Origin: the human T2T-CHM13v2.0 reference genome, Homo sapiens
Reading direction: 5' to 3' (one strand)
Length of the DNA stretch: 64,000 nucleotides
Assembly: GCF_009914755.1 (NCBI RefSeq)
Contig: NC_060927.1
A program made the position numbers and the translations under genes. Below the pieces are notes generated by a model. The model did not search any database. It was not told the DNA's origin and saw only the letters and a program-made list of their open reading frames with translations. Of this stretch, positions 36,462 to 58,202 are shown piece by piece. How positions within the stretch are numbered: position 1 is the stretch's first letter; each line of letters starts with the position of its first letter.

Positions 36462-38649
36462 ACATGTGTGACATTTTGTCAATAATGATTATTGGCAATT
36501 TATATTTTATCCCAAGATTACTATGTTTGCAGTGGCAATAAAAATTCATAATTTCATGAGTTACTGTTTTAAAGAGCAAACAGAGAATTTATCTAACTTT
36601 AATTATTCAAAATATCTGGAATTGTGTGGTTATTTGCAACAGGTATGCATCAATTTTATATACAGAAGAGTTTGAGTACTTATTTATAGTATAAGTATGT
36701 TTATTATTATATTACTATTACAAAATGTTTTAGGAAATTAGTGAAATTAAATTGTAGAACAATACCTTCAATCTTTATAAATAAAAATATAAACTGCACC
36801 ATTTTATCATTATGTTTAAAAAAGCTTTCCATTTCAGAATTTATATAAATACAAAAAGAACCTATCTACATTTATTTATTTTTTTCCTCATCTTACATAC
36901 CAAAAATGAACATACTTTTCTCTTTTAGTAAGGTTTTCCCTGGTTTTTCTATCTTAAATTATTTTTTTCAAAGTTGATGCCATTCTCCAAAAAAAAAAAA
37001 ACTACAAAATAAACCACCATAGTTATAGAAACATAATGTCCTGCTGGAAATTAATGGAGAGATTTGAGGAGAAATAAGCTATGAATGTCATGATGTTCTT
37101 GAAAGCTTTCTGGCTTCCTGTTACTTAAAAGCTACAGAAGTAAAATAAATGTATTCTGAGCATCACTGGGAAAAAACACTATCAAAGGTAAATGTTTAAT
37201 ATTGTTTTATTGACATTTGGGAGTTGGTAACATAGATAATGAAAAAATAGGCGTGAACTAATACATGAGATAAAAAACTAAGTTCAAAAATATATCGGTA
37301 AAATAATGCACATGTATGAAACTGTCACTAATGTTTTCATTAAATGTAATCCCCTTAAGCCGAGTAGTAAATTAAAGTGATATATTCAGAGTTATAAGAA
37401 CCTTGCTATAACTGATCAACAACCGTAGTTTTCAAGGACAAAAAAGCCAGCTGAATAGACAGTCACAGAAAATAAGAATACTACATTCTAAATATCACAA
37501 TTTCTTGATGGGTAACATTATGTTTATCAGTAATAAGAGAAAAATTAATGAATAGAAATACAACTAGGATTTGCCCCGTCCTTGATGAAAAAACTGAAAA
37601 ATGACAATGTAAGTAGTTCTTATTTGGGAGCAAGGATATGTATATTTATGTACATAGAGTTAATAGGTTCATTCGGATAACTGTTCTCCAATTGCCTATT
37701 ATATATTTGTATAGTTAAATAGTCAGTAAATATTTGTTTATATGCACAAAATTTAATAGACACAATGGTGGTTACCTTTGATTAGGGTTCAGGAATATGT
37801 AAGGACTTCAAAGTAGCATAAACGTGGCCTCTAGGGTACCGGTAACTTCTATAACTTGATTAGTGATTATATAATTGTATGCATTTTGTAAAAATCAAAA
37901 CTAAGTGTGCTCTTATTTGGGTACTATATGATATATAAGCTATACTACAACAATAACATTTGTCTAAAAATATTTAATGTTATTTTAAAGGGACAATATA
38001 GTATGTTAATTGACTAAACTTGTAAAGGGGCCTGGATTTGTTTGGGGAAGAAAAAATTCAGAAAACAGGCCTATAGGACATCGTTGATGATGGTGATGTG
38101 AGTGGAAGTCATGGATTATGAGGATGAGCCAAGAGAGGAGGCTGGAACCTGATGAATGAGGATCCTGAAGAATATGATAAGCATCTTGACTTGATCCAAC
38201 AGAAGAAGAGATTCTTTGAAAATTTGAGACTATTTTATCTCCGCTAATAAAGAAGTTTTAATTTTAAAAAAATTGTCTACACTCTTGAGGGACAAAGTTG
38301 TTGCATGAATATATGATTCCCTTCTAAATATTTATTAATCATTTTAGTTTTTCTACAAAATTAAATTTCAAAATGCCAATAATATAGGTAAAAGTATTGA
38401 ATAATATTGATCACAAAGTTTTTAAATGATAAAGCCATTACTAGCTGATAACAGTAAATTATTACTTTTTTATAATTTAAAAAACTTGGAAGTATTTTAT
38501 CCTCATTATGTATGTTAATTGCAACAATATGGAGAGAAATTTATTCAGAAATGTTTCTATACAAAGAAATGAGAACAATTCATTGGCATTTAATGTCTTA
38601 GAAGTGGGAAATAAAATCTGATACAAGTTTATTGGTTACATTGAATGTT

Positions 38650-39050
38650 TCCATCACAACTGTTGACTATCTGGCCCAACTCACTTGTATTACCACAATA
38701 ACCTCCCAGCTAATGTCCTTGATTATATACCTCTACCTTTACATGATTCCATCATAGTTTGAGTGACCTTGTTGAAACTGACCACAGATACAAATACCAA
38801 AACTTTATTCAAAATCCTCAAATGGTTTCTCAACTTATTCAGAATAAATTTCAAAGTCATTATTATTTCATGCTTCTATCCCGAATTGATTTGGTCACTG
38901 CTTAGCTCTCTGATGTCATCTCTTACTGCTTTTTCCATCACTCGCTCTGCCTCGATTACACTGACATCCCCCTTTTCCTCAAACATGCTAAGCACACTTT
39001 CATATCAGATCCTATAATTTTACTGTTTTTGCTATCTGAAATTTTCACTG
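38650..39050 (+). mobile_element. L2 fragment
   Basis: 'taccacaataacctcccagctaatgtcc...aaaatcctcaaatggtttctc...cctcaaacatgctaagcac'. Confidence 0.6.
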
Positions 39051-39818
39051 CTTCACACCAGACAAAATCCACCAGAAATGTACGTAATGTTCAAAGTTAA
39101 GTTTATTAGCTTGCTGAAGCAAGGGAGAACACACAACATGGAATCCCTATGGCCTCTCGGTAAAACAGAGATGAAAGGGTTTCACTTTAGTATCTGAACT
39201 ATTATATAGTACACAAATAAGAGCACACTTAATTTTAATTTTACAAAATGAACACAAGTACACAATCACTACTCTAATCAAGTTATAGAAGTTACCGGAA
39301 CACTAGAGGCCACATTTATGCTACTTTTAAGTCTTTGTATATTTCCAAACCCTCATCAAAGGTAACCGCCATTTTGTCTATTACATTTTGTGCATATAAA
39401 CAACTATTTACTATTTAACTGTACAAATATATAATAGGCAATTGGAGAACACGTTAATTTGACAGAAGGTTTAAAAAATAGGTGTGTTCTGAAGTGGATG
39501 CTTTAAGGAAGTTCAGATATTTCATAATTTGATATTTTAACACATTTTACATAAAAGAAGAAAAGCATAAAATGGAAGTGTCATTAGTTTAAAAAAAAAA
39601 GGAGTCATCCATATTAGATGAGAGAGAAAAATGGTATTTATTTTAGCAATCACAGAATGTCCTTTGTTCTATCAGGAAGCAGTCTTGTCTGATTATTACT
39701 GTTATCAGTGGCCTTGTCTGAATACTGTTGATATTCTGTGAAGCTTGTTTATGTTTATTTGGGAATACTATAACTTAGCTCCTGACAACCAGTTGCCAGC
39801 TGTCAGCTTTCAGATAGT

Positions 39819-39920
39819 TTTCCTTCCTCTCTTCTTTTTGTCCTGGCTTCCTTCCTTCCTTCCTTCTTTCCTTTCTTCTTTCCTTCCTTCCTTTCTCCCT
39901 TCCTTCCCTCCTTCTTTCTT
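39819..39920. repeat. (TTCC/TTTC)n polypyrimidine repeat
   Basis: ttccttccttccttccttctttcctttc... Confidence 0.9.
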
Positions 39921-40469
39921 TGCTAACAAATGATAACTTATTCATAGCACCAACCTGAATAATGGAATTTACTCTCCATAGTAAAATACTAAACATATAA
40001 TATAATTTTGTTTCTTAAAAACAAAACTCAAAATAAAGGGAGAAGTAACCTGCCATAGTAGATTATAGTTATGCAGGAATTAGCATGATGCCCATCCATC
40101 CTTGCTAACCTAATCAACCTGGAACAAATAGAGCTGTATTCTAAATACAGCTGTAAATACACTGTAGCCTTTCTCAAAGCAAATATTCTATCAACTTAAT
40201 AATCACAGTCATGAGAGTTTATGTTCAACTTGAGACATTTTGTGTTTTTTACACGCTCATGAATTCACAAATGAATACAAATAAAGTTATTACAGGAGAC
40301 CTTAAAAAGTACTTGATATAAGAAGATAAATCTTCCCTGGATTGCTCAGTATTCCTACAAAGTCCTAGCTTCCTAAGACATAAAAATTAATATGTTACAA
40401 AAATAGAGGGTGCTTGATTTTAATTTCTCCAGAAATATTTGCTTTTTACATGCCATGAGTATGAGATCT

Positions 40470-41165
40470 GCAGCCATTTGTCTTACTATTTCACTCAAAG
40501 AATAAGACTTCTCTCATCCCTCCAAGAACTAAATGGTTGCATTGCCGGGTAGTGACCTGGATTAACACAAAGGGTGGTCACTGGAGGGATTTACAGAGTT
40601 AGGGTCCTGTGTGTTTACATTTCAAAAGGGATAAAACCCTGTGTTATAAAATTGGAGATAGTTATATATCTTTCCTTTGCAGAGATTTATTTAAATTTCA
40701 AAGGACACAGGATCTTACCCATCTTTTCCAAAGAAGAGAAATCATTTACATTGAAGATGCTAAAATTATCTCCCTCTCTCAGGAGGAAAAGGGGGTACAA
40801 TGGTCCCTTTTCAATATAATGTAAGTAGAGATATTTATATTTCTGCATCCGTCTCCTACACACACACACACACACAAAAAAAAAAAAAACCTGTTCATTC
40901 ACGTGTCTCTCATCGTATTGCCTGAAGGGTGCCAGGCATAGCAAGATCAATGCTGCCATGATTCTCTGTCCTCCTTTATTTCTATGAGTAAATAAAGTTT
41001 TAACTCTGACCCAAAGACTTGGCATTTCTGCTAGTATCTATCTACATCTACATTGTATACATCTACCTCCTTATCTGAATCTATATCTGTAATTGTCTGT
41101 ATCATATATATGAATATGTAACTGTGCATGTAATCTAACAGCTCAGATGCCTTGTAGTTTCTGAC
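40470..41165 (+). mobile_element. Old ERV1 LTR (LTR37-like, tentative) with internal (CA)n/A run
   Basis: 'aataaagttttaactctgacccaaagacttggcatttctgctagtatc' resembles the recalled U5 region; boundaries uncertain. Confidence 0.4.
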
Positions 41166-41437
41166 TTAACATTTAAATGAGATATAAGTCAGCCTAAACT
41201 TTCAATACTTTTGGTTTTCCTATTCAAAACACTAAAATGCTTTACTAGTCCACTTAAGTATAAAGCAGATTCTGTAGTATTTCTGAAGTGTTAACATACA
41301 ATAGAATCTTATTAAAATGTTCATAAATTGGTGCAATAATTATATAAAAGCAATAGTTGAAGGTGCGTATTTAGAAATTATGCCAATCTCAAAGCTTGAT
41401 GGCTCTCAGTTTGGAATCATAACCATAGGTTGCATGT

Positions 41438-45566
<4,129 letters not shown>

Positions 45567-46131
45567 GTTGCATTTCCAAGGAAAAGAAAATAAATTACTT
45601 ATTTTCTATAAAATATAGTACATATTTTCTAATAATTATATTTGTAAAACATAATGATACAGAAAATATTATAAATGTAGATATTAAATATATGTATTAA
45701 AAGTCTATTACCTGTTGCAACAATGAAGATATCTCAAATTCATGAATTCTAAATTGTAATGTTAATTTTTCTATAGAAAAAAATTAATTCCAGGCTTTTA
45801 ATTACTTATTAGTTATCCATATTACTATTGTAAAATGTATTGAATAATCACATCAAGTAATTATGTTTTACAAGATACTTATAATTATATTTATTATTAA
45901 ATTATAACTTTATCAGAATGAAAAACAACTTTCCAATGTTATTTAGAAATTATTCACCTTTAGATAATCCTTTGCAAAGTATCAACACACATTATTTTAT
46001 TCTAAGATTCAGTGGATTTTTAAATCCAAATAATTAGACATATATAAATCTTTTTGTTTGTGTCTTTTTGATTTGTACATTGTTCTCATCCTTTTAATTC
46101 TTTTACATAAGCAGAAAAAGATCATACTACT

Positions 46132-46435
<304 letters not shown>

Positions 46436-46609
46436 AGAAAAAGATCATACTACTAAGGATTAACTTTTTACAAAGAAAATAGCTAATATAGATACCAGCA
46501 TCAGCAGGCTGACTATAGAAATTACTAAAATTAGCACCTACAACCATGGTTTCTTTCTGCTAAGGCAAACAAACACTGTGCCAAGAGACAAAATTTAGTT
46601 TGATTTTAT

Positions 46610-46696
46610 CTTTTGGAGCTGCATGGATGTAGCAATTATTATTGACATTGCTTTTGGCGCTGCATGGATGTGGTTATTATTATTGTCATTGCTTTT
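46610..46696. repeat. 41-bp tandem duplication (2.1 copies)
   Basis: cttttggagctgcatggatgtagcaattattattgacattg / cttttggcgctgcatggatgtggttattattattgtcattg; 36/41 identical. Confidence 0.9.
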
Positions 46697-47221
46697 CAAC
46701 ATTCTTATAATATGAAAGACCTGAAGATTACCTTTAAAGAAACAGCAGTAGATTTTGTAATACCATAGGATACCATATGAAATAGATTGGACAATGACTG
46801 CAATTGTACATATTGATAAATTCCTCAGTTTGGCATTTTAAGGAGGAATGTCCATTGATTAGGTTATTCTAAAAATCATTTTAGATAGGTATAAAGAAAT
46901 ATGATTTTCTTTTAACTTCTTCAAATAATTGAATTATTGATAATAAGACGGGTAATTGTAAATTCTTCCCAAACACAACACATCCAAAATTTCAGATGCG
47001 ATTTATAACATTTAGTGATTGGATTTTCTTTTTAGGAATCAATTCATATTATGCTGTATGAATTCAAATAACTTCAATCTAATATTGGTAGAATTCTAAC
47101 ATTCAGATAAATCTAAGATTAGAAGCCAAATAAAAGGGAGAAACAATTGTGACACAAGAGACAAGGCAAGGAAGAAACTGGTGGTATTTCACTGGAATGA
47201 GAAATATTAGTATTCAGCTTT

Positions 47222-50734
<3,513 letters not shown>

Positions 50735-50899
50735 AGTTTTTCAACGACTGAACCTCCAGCATTCTTTACAAATTGGTGTCAATTCTCTCCAGGGATGACC
50801 TCTGCTATCTCTCATTGACTCCAGGCATATAATGAAAATCAGTGCCCAACAATTCCCACACAATGAAGCACAAAGGCAATTCCCAGAAGAGAGAGCCTA

Positions 50900-52440
50900 T
50901 GCACTGAAAGTGTTACAAGATCTATTGACAGAAAGTGTAACAATCTCTATGGGCAGAAGTCTGGGAAGCATGTATAGGTAAGCGTGGATTTTAAATTTGA
51001 AGACAGAATAGAATTCTTGATTATGTTGAATGTATTGACATGGTGCACCTGACTGAGAATAAGAATTTAATATGTTGGCTCAATCATCTGGGACTGGTTT
51101 GCAGGGTCTCTTAGATGGGTTAATTGACACCTGGACTCAGTGACTGCCTCCATGCATTGATATTGCTATGTAAGTATCTCTGTGCTTTTCTACGGGGAAT
51201 ACAGTCTAAAGACTGAATGCTTAAAAGACTGGGAATAAATGGATTCAGCCACTCCATTTCTGACCACAGCATGATTGTTCATGATAAAGCAATCAGGCAC
51301 ACACAAACTATGGAAAGTTTTACAATGTTCCACATTCCAATATGGTGCAAATGGCCTCTACTCTAAAGATCACAATGTTAAGAAAAAAAAAAAGGCTGAA
51401 CAATTCTTTAAAGAAAATTAAAGTCATGTGACAAATGAATGTGATATGTGTTGCTGGATTAGATCCAGTTTTTTTTTAAAGCTCTATGTGATTCTATTGG
51501 AACATCAGTAAAATTTTACTAGGAATTGCCCATTAATTCATAGCATTGCATTAACAGTAAATATTTTGAATTTGAAAAATTTACATTGGTTGCCTAAGAG
51601 TATGTTCTTGCACTCACAAAATATAAACTCTTTGTGGCTTAAGAATTCATGATATTGGCAATTTACCCTCAAGTCGTTTCATGAAGTTCACAGTGCCAGA
51701 GCCTCCTTTCTGGTTCATTTTGTTGAAGTGCCCTGCAATGGGCTGAAGGAGTAAGTGACTCTTTTCTAGCCTCCAAGAAATCCCTATGTCATAATGTACT
51801 AAGGGCAAGGATAGTATACAAATGTAATGCTGATTGTTAAATATTGTCTTTAAAAAGACCTTAATTCCTGGAGACCTAAAACAACATTGTAGTACTTTGG
51901 GTAAAGTCTTGGGAGGTCAGAAATTAAATTTTTCCCTAGTTGTCTCACAGTGAGTTGACTGGGGCTGTGGAAACTTGATACTCTCCCAGTTCCACTTGGG
52001 AATTAATATAATTAATCACTGAGAAAAGAACTGTGTTGATTCCCTGACCCATGAATTGAGAGATAATATTGTAAGAAGACCCAAGTTTAAATCCCCTGCA
52101 ACTGTCCTCTCGCCTTACAAAGATAGGAAGCAAAATCAGTAGGTAATACATTCCTTAGACTATTAGAGATGAGTGCTGACCAAGCACTTGAAATTTGTAA
52201 AGGTTGTGATTCCCACAACATATATTTACCTCTGATTGGCTAGTACAAAAGCCAGATTGTCTATAATGAAATATTATATATAATTACAAACTCAGTCAGG
52301 TGTTGAAGCTGATCATCAGCCAATCATAACTGCATTTCTGGATTTATTACCAATCCTGGGGAAAGTCATCACAGCTCTTTGCATTTGCCATGCAGTTACT
52401 GACCTAGCAAGTGCTTTCTTTTCCATATTTATGAGTAAAA
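50900..52440 (+). mobile_element. Highly degenerate ERVL internal sequence (gag-like ~50900-51250, RT-like ~52200-52440) interrupted by an L1MC-like 3' piece (~51290-51680)
   Basis: 'tattgacatggtgcacctgact...atttaatatgttggctc' resembles ERVL gag; 'gtgattcccacaaca...tggctagtacaaaagccagat...tgcagttactgacctagcaagtgctttcttttccat' resembles RT motifs PVQK and DLAxAFF. Confidence 0.6.
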
Positions 52441-53689
52441 ATAATAAGTCAGATGTGTTTTTTTCCCCAGTTTAAATATTTGAAAGGATTTACCACACTG
52501 CACAGTGTATACTAATGAAAGGTTTTCATATGAAGGGAATCAATACGGAGCAGTGAAATCAAGTGAATGCAGGCAAGCATAGAAAGCCTAAGAGACATTT
52601 AAATGACCCAAACTCTTCATAGCTCCATCTTTGCACACAGATGGGCTTAGTCTGTGTCTCAAATCCCCAAGAATCTTAACAGGAATATTGGCTTAAAGAA
52701 TTCCAAGGATCTTTCAGTGTGAGAACCTCAGTCAATAATTAAGTCATGCTTGTCAACCAGGTAGGACAGTTGGATGCCATCAGCTTGTACAGAATATCCA
52801 TTCATTTATTCATTCATTCACTCCACCTAAGCCCTACTCCAGGAAGATGACAAACCTCATTGATCAGTTCTGGTGTCTTTTTCATGCCTTTTCTATACAC
52901 TTTCCTAAAGCTATCTCTTTCTTAAGATAGGACTGTATTTGGTTTGCTAATATTTTATTTGGTAATATTTATTCATTGTCAATATCTTTACATGTAGTTA
53001 AATTATTTAATAGTATTTCAATTATTATCCCAAGTTGACATTTATGTAAAATCCAAGTTTTTTTCTGACTTTCAGGCTCTTATGTATTACTATTTACTGC
53101 CTAACTCCAATAAATCTTCAGTAGCCATTTAAAACAGCATTTTCATAACAGTATTAATCATCTCTATCTAAAATATCCTTCTTTCTATTTTCCTATTTTG
53201 GGGAATAGCACACTTAAAAGCCCACTACATAAAATCACCTGTAATGCTCAATTCTTTCTTTCTTCTACACCCCTTCCAATCTACTCTCTTTAACACTCTA
53301 ATTCCCCTTTGGTAGTTGAGGTCCCTGGATGAAAAGTATTCCGTCGATAACTTAATGGGACAAATTCCAACATGGCTTCTAGTAACAAGGGAGATCTTCT
53401 CCCCCTCAAAATGGGAAAAGTAAATAAAGGTACATTGTAAAAAACTCAAACTACTTTGAATTAACACTTTTTCGAAGTCATATATGGTTATTTTATCCAA
53501 ATTTAGATTTTTTTTCCCCTCAGGATTTCTAGACTATTACGATATTCCACTTGACAAGACATCTTGGCATTACAAGTAAACCTTAAGTCTTTTCTTATAT
53601 CTATTGTTTACATATAGGATACAATCCAAAATGTGAAATACAGAAATAAAGAGATAATGAAAATAAAAAATAAAATGATTTTAAGATAA

Positions 53690-54070
53690 TAAAGCATTTG
53701 TTTATCTATATAATTGAATATATAATAAAAAGAGACAGTAATAAAAAGGGACACATGTGCATATGTAGCCACATGGATGGCTCTCAAAAGCAGTATGCTA
53801 AGTTAAAATTAAAAAGACAACACCCACGTTCTGTATAATTCCATTTATATGACAGTGTGGAGAAGGTTAAACTAAAGGAAGTGAAATCAGATCAGTTGCT
53901 ACAATTGGGCAAAGGTGGGGTGAGATGCTAACTACAAAGGGAAGTGGAGGAACTTTTGCAGGTGATGAAATTGTTCCATAATTTATCCTTGTAGTTGTCA
54001 AAACTTATTGAATTATATAGCTTAAAAGAGTAAATATTGCTGTTGGTAAATAATACTTCAATAAACCTAA
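53690..54070 (+). mobile_element. Ancient L1M (MB/MC/MD) 3' end
   Basis: 'acatggatggctctcaaaagcagtatgctaagt...tgtataattccatttatatgaca...cttcaataaacc'. Confidence 0.7.
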
Positions 54071-54399
54071 AATAAATGAACAAACAAAGGACTAGTAAGG
54101 TATTGCATGTTTTTATTGGTGGCCTGTTATTTCAGCTAAGGAAGAAAGGTTTGTGAAACACGATTTATACATTTATGTATACTATATATGTAATATAAAA
54201 TATGTATTTCATATATATGCAAATATATTCATATTTTCCGACACATTTGACACTACATAAGTCCATCATATTTCCCAAATTTTCTTGATTATTATCTTTT
54301 AAGCCTCTATAACAGAGTTAGCAAGACTTCTTGATTTAAACTCCTGACTTAAACTGATTTAAACTACATGTCTCTCATGTATGACCATTTATTTCTGTC

Positions 54400-55065
54400 C
54401 CCAAGTGTGTCTACCTATTTCTCCACACTGCTGTCTCTCTACCAGCTTACTTCAAATGTCTATTGACAGCTCTGTCTGTCTTCAGTATTTCTCATCTTCT
54501 CTCTGTGGACTCAGAATTTGATTTTCTGAAACACAAATTTCAACACGATGTTCCCTGATATGGAAAATATGTGAATAATTTCCCATTGGCTTTTAGATGA
54601 AGTGTGGGTTCCTTAACAAGATCCCTATGATTTAAATTATGTTTCCTATTCCTCTATCCCTGAACTCAACATTTTAGCCAGATTCAACTGTTTGTAGTTC
54701 CTAAAATATGATATACTCTTTATGACATAGACTCAAAAAAGCTGATTTCTTTTTACAGTGACTTTTCTCCACGCCACTTCTTTCCTTCTTTGCCTAATTG
54801 TTACTCAGATTTCATATTTCATATTTTACTCACAATGCCATGTCTTTCAGAAAAAGCTTTTCTGATGTCTCCCAACTAGTGTTAGGAATACCTCCATATA
54901 CATACATACCATCATTCTCTTTATTTCCACTGAAGCACGTATCACACCATATTATGATGATATCTATACCTTTACTGGTATCAACCCCATGAGGTTAGAG
55001 TCCATGAGTATACTGTTAATATATGGTCCATATTAAGTTCTCAATAATTGTTAAAATAATTAATG
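54400..55065 (+). mobile_element. L2 3' fragment
   Basis: 'ttcccattggcttttagatgaagt...ttcagaaaaagcttttctga...tagagtccatgag...ctcaataattgttaaaataat'. Confidence 0.6.
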
Positions 55066-55098
55066 TAAAATTAAATATTTGAAATTGCCTTTAGAGTT

Positions 55099-55512
55099 TG
55101 TTAGAAAAAAATCTTAGGAAAATTAAATTTAACGAAGTTTAATTGAACAAAGAATGATTCTCTAATTGCGCAGCCTCCCCAACCATAATAGGTTCAAAGA
55201 GATTCTGTCTTGTCACATGGATTGACAAGATTCATGAACAGAAAATGGAAAGTGACATACAGAAAACAGAAGGGAGTTATAGAAACAGCCTGATTTCTTA
55301 CCACTCAGTGTTTGCCTTCTTTGAATACTGTTTGAACAGTTGGACACCTGTGAGTGGTTAAAGTATGGCTCATCTGACTGGCTGAGACTTGGCTACTTGT
55401 TGCAAGAGTAGGTTACAGTCTGTTTGCTTGTCCAGTTAGGTCACAGTTCACTATGTGTAGAGAAACCTTTAGGTGAACCTTAGAAGGCAGATTTAGTCAA
55501 AACTTCATTTAA
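55099..55512 (-). mobile_element. MER57-like ERV1 LTR
   Basis: 'aaattaaatttaacgaagtttaattgaacaaagaatgattc...gaaagtgacatacagaaaac...tttgaacagttgg'. Confidence 0.78.
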
Positions 55513-55583
55513 TAGTATATCTGAATCTCAATAACTAAGATGATATTGTTTCTATAGATACTGCTTATGTAAAGAATTGCAAT

Positions 55584-55892
55584 GGTTTGGCACAGTGCCT
55601 CAGGCCTATAATCCCAGAACTTTGGGAGGCCAAGGTGAGCGAACTGCTTGACCCCAGGAGTTTGAGACCAGCCTGGATAACATGGAGACACCCCAGATAT
55701 ACAAAAAATACAAAAATTAACTGGGCTTGATGGCATGTGCCTGTTGTCCTGGCTACTCAGGAGGCTGAGGTGGGAGGATAGTTTGAGCCCAGGAGGTGGA
55801 AGCTGCAGTGAGCCGTAATCAAACCCCTGCACTCCAGTCTGGGTGAAAGAGTGAGACCCTGTGTCCAAAAAATAAAAATAAGTAAATAAATA
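55584..55892 (+). mobile_element. AluJ
   Basis: Diverged dimer, 'ggaggatagtttgagcccagg', A-rich tail. Confidence 0.9.
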
Positions 55893-55919
55893 AAAGAAAT
55901 CACAAGATACACAATTTAT

Positions 55920-56030
55920 CAGGAGTTGCTAAGAGAGTAGATCTTGTGTTCTCACCACACACATACACACACACGGAGAGTGGATATATTAATTAGTTTG
56001 ATTTTAGTAATCATTTCACAATGTATATGG
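55920..56030 (+). mobile_element. L1MA 3'-end fragment
   Basis: 'ttgctaagagagtagatcttgtgttctcaccacac...taatcatttcacaatgtata'. Confidence 0.65.
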
Positions 56031-58009
56031 AGATAAGCAATTAGTTTAACGTAATCTAAATTTAAAATTTTTACATTTTCAAAATATAAATGATTTTAAA
56101 AATTAAATATTTCTTGTTCACCTGAATTTTGAGTACATTCAGAAACACGATGGTCTGTATTTTGCAACATTTTTCCTGGCTAGGATGCTGTTGCTCCATC
56201 CACTTTAAACACCACAGCAGTCCCTAAAACAGAAAAGATTCCCAGAGGGGGATATACTGCTGTCAGTGGTGTTTAGCTCTTGTCCTAATCCTTGCTAAAC
56301 CAGTTATTCTAATTAACATTTCAAACAAAGATCCCAAAGGATAGGTTCAAAGTACAGTCTACTTTTCTTCAAACTGGAAACACACTATTATCCCGCAAGA
56401 ATAAACCCTTTATTTTCCTAGACAATCTTTAAAATGCTGCATTGACTTTTCTTTTCTTTCTGTCTCTCTCTCCCTTTTGTCTTTTTTTAATATAGCCACA
56501 GACCTGAATCTGCAGCCTCATATATGAGTTATACAGTGAGTTGTGTTTCAGAAACATTGTTTATAGACGAATTAACAGATCAAATTTAATTTCACCACAA
56601 AAATATATTCAAAGAAATAACTTTGCTGACTGTTAAAATGTAACTGGTCTTTGTTATTAGAGAAAAACCTATTTGATGTTTATTATTATGAAAATGTTAT
56701 ATTTTCAAATAATAGATTCTTAATTTTTTTCAAAACTTCTAATATCATACAAATACCAAATTAAGAATTGTGAAAACAAGTGCTGTCAAGGTTATAAAAT
56801 CAGACTGTCAAACTATGTCTTTTAAAATTTGCATATCAAAAACTTAATGAATTAGTAAAACACATTTGATGAATGTTGAACTTCCATAAACAATGCAGAC
56901 GTTTTATCTATGATAAGAATAGGTTTTATTAATATTATGAGAAATGGGGAACACTTTAAAATAGTTTTAAACATTTTGGCCATAAACAGTTGATGCAACA
57001 CATATGCAAAGATTAAAATTATGATATACAAAAATACATCAAACTTTTAAATGATTAAATTATAAATGTGATTATATAGAGTGACTGCATATGAAATGTT
57101 AATTTATCTAGTTACTTATGGGTCAAAAAGGGGGTAAATTGCATGGTTTACCCTGTGAGGATGAAACTCAACAGAAGTGTCTACACAAGAAGAGCTAAAA
57201 GTCTATAATCTCTTGGGAATGGAGTACTGACAACTCCTTTTGAAGTTGCTTTTGTCTTTTTATATTTATTTGTATTAGTCACAAAGGGCTGACCTACGTT
57301 TATGCCACTGACAGCATTCTCACAGATACCAGTTTGAATTAAAAGTTCATTTTTCCAGAAGCCACACTCGTGATGTATTTTTGGTCAAGGCTGCCGGTTG
57401 TAGTTACTCAAAATTTGTTTTTAAAGTTCTTCTATGTTCTATATTGTAAGACTCTGAGATAGTGACAGAGTGGCTTTGTATGCTTTGGCCTAGTCAAAGT
57501 TCTTTTGATTAAACATTATGAATATCTTGTCTATTAATATATTTTAATGCAATAAAGTGCATTAACTATAGATCTCCAGATTATTTCTTAACAGCCCAAA
57601 ACTGTAAAATGTGAGAAAGGGAGAAAAATAGAGACAGAAACAGAGAGACAAAAAAATAAAGTTGTAATAACGAGGTCCCTGATAACACGCTCATATTAGC
57701 CATTGGACATAGGGAAGACAGCTCTAAATCAACACATAATGGACATAACCAGAGATATTCTATCACCTAAAACTGTACAAAAGACATCATAGTAACTCAT
57801 CTTCAGTGCAAGTAGAGTGAACCTATTAACACAGCTAATTAATAACAAAACCTAAAGGCTGCTCTTGCCAGTACTTAAACAGCTAAAGTGCTAATCAAAG
57901 ACATATGAGGCCAGGGATATGTAATAATTTATCCCTTCGTTATTTATTCCACATTCAAGAAGATGAATTCTTAGACCTATACTGATCCAGAGGTCTGAAC
58001 CATCTAAAA

Positions 58010-58202
58010 CTGTGGTTCTAAAACTTAAGCATGTATGAGAATAATTTAGAGTGCTTGTTACAGCACAGGTTCTGGCAACGTAACCACTGAATTACCATTT
58101 AGTTCTGATTCAGTTGCTGATTCATTCTGATCCATCTAGATTAGCAGAGCCTGAGAACTGGATTTCCTCTCAACCCTTCAGGTACTGGTTTGAGAACCAC
58201 TG
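58010..58202. mobile_element. MER5A-like hAT-Charlie non-autonomous DNA transposon
   Basis: Terminal inverted repeats ctgtggttctaaa / ttgagaaccactg; 8-bp TSD atctaaa(a/c). Confidence 0.8.
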
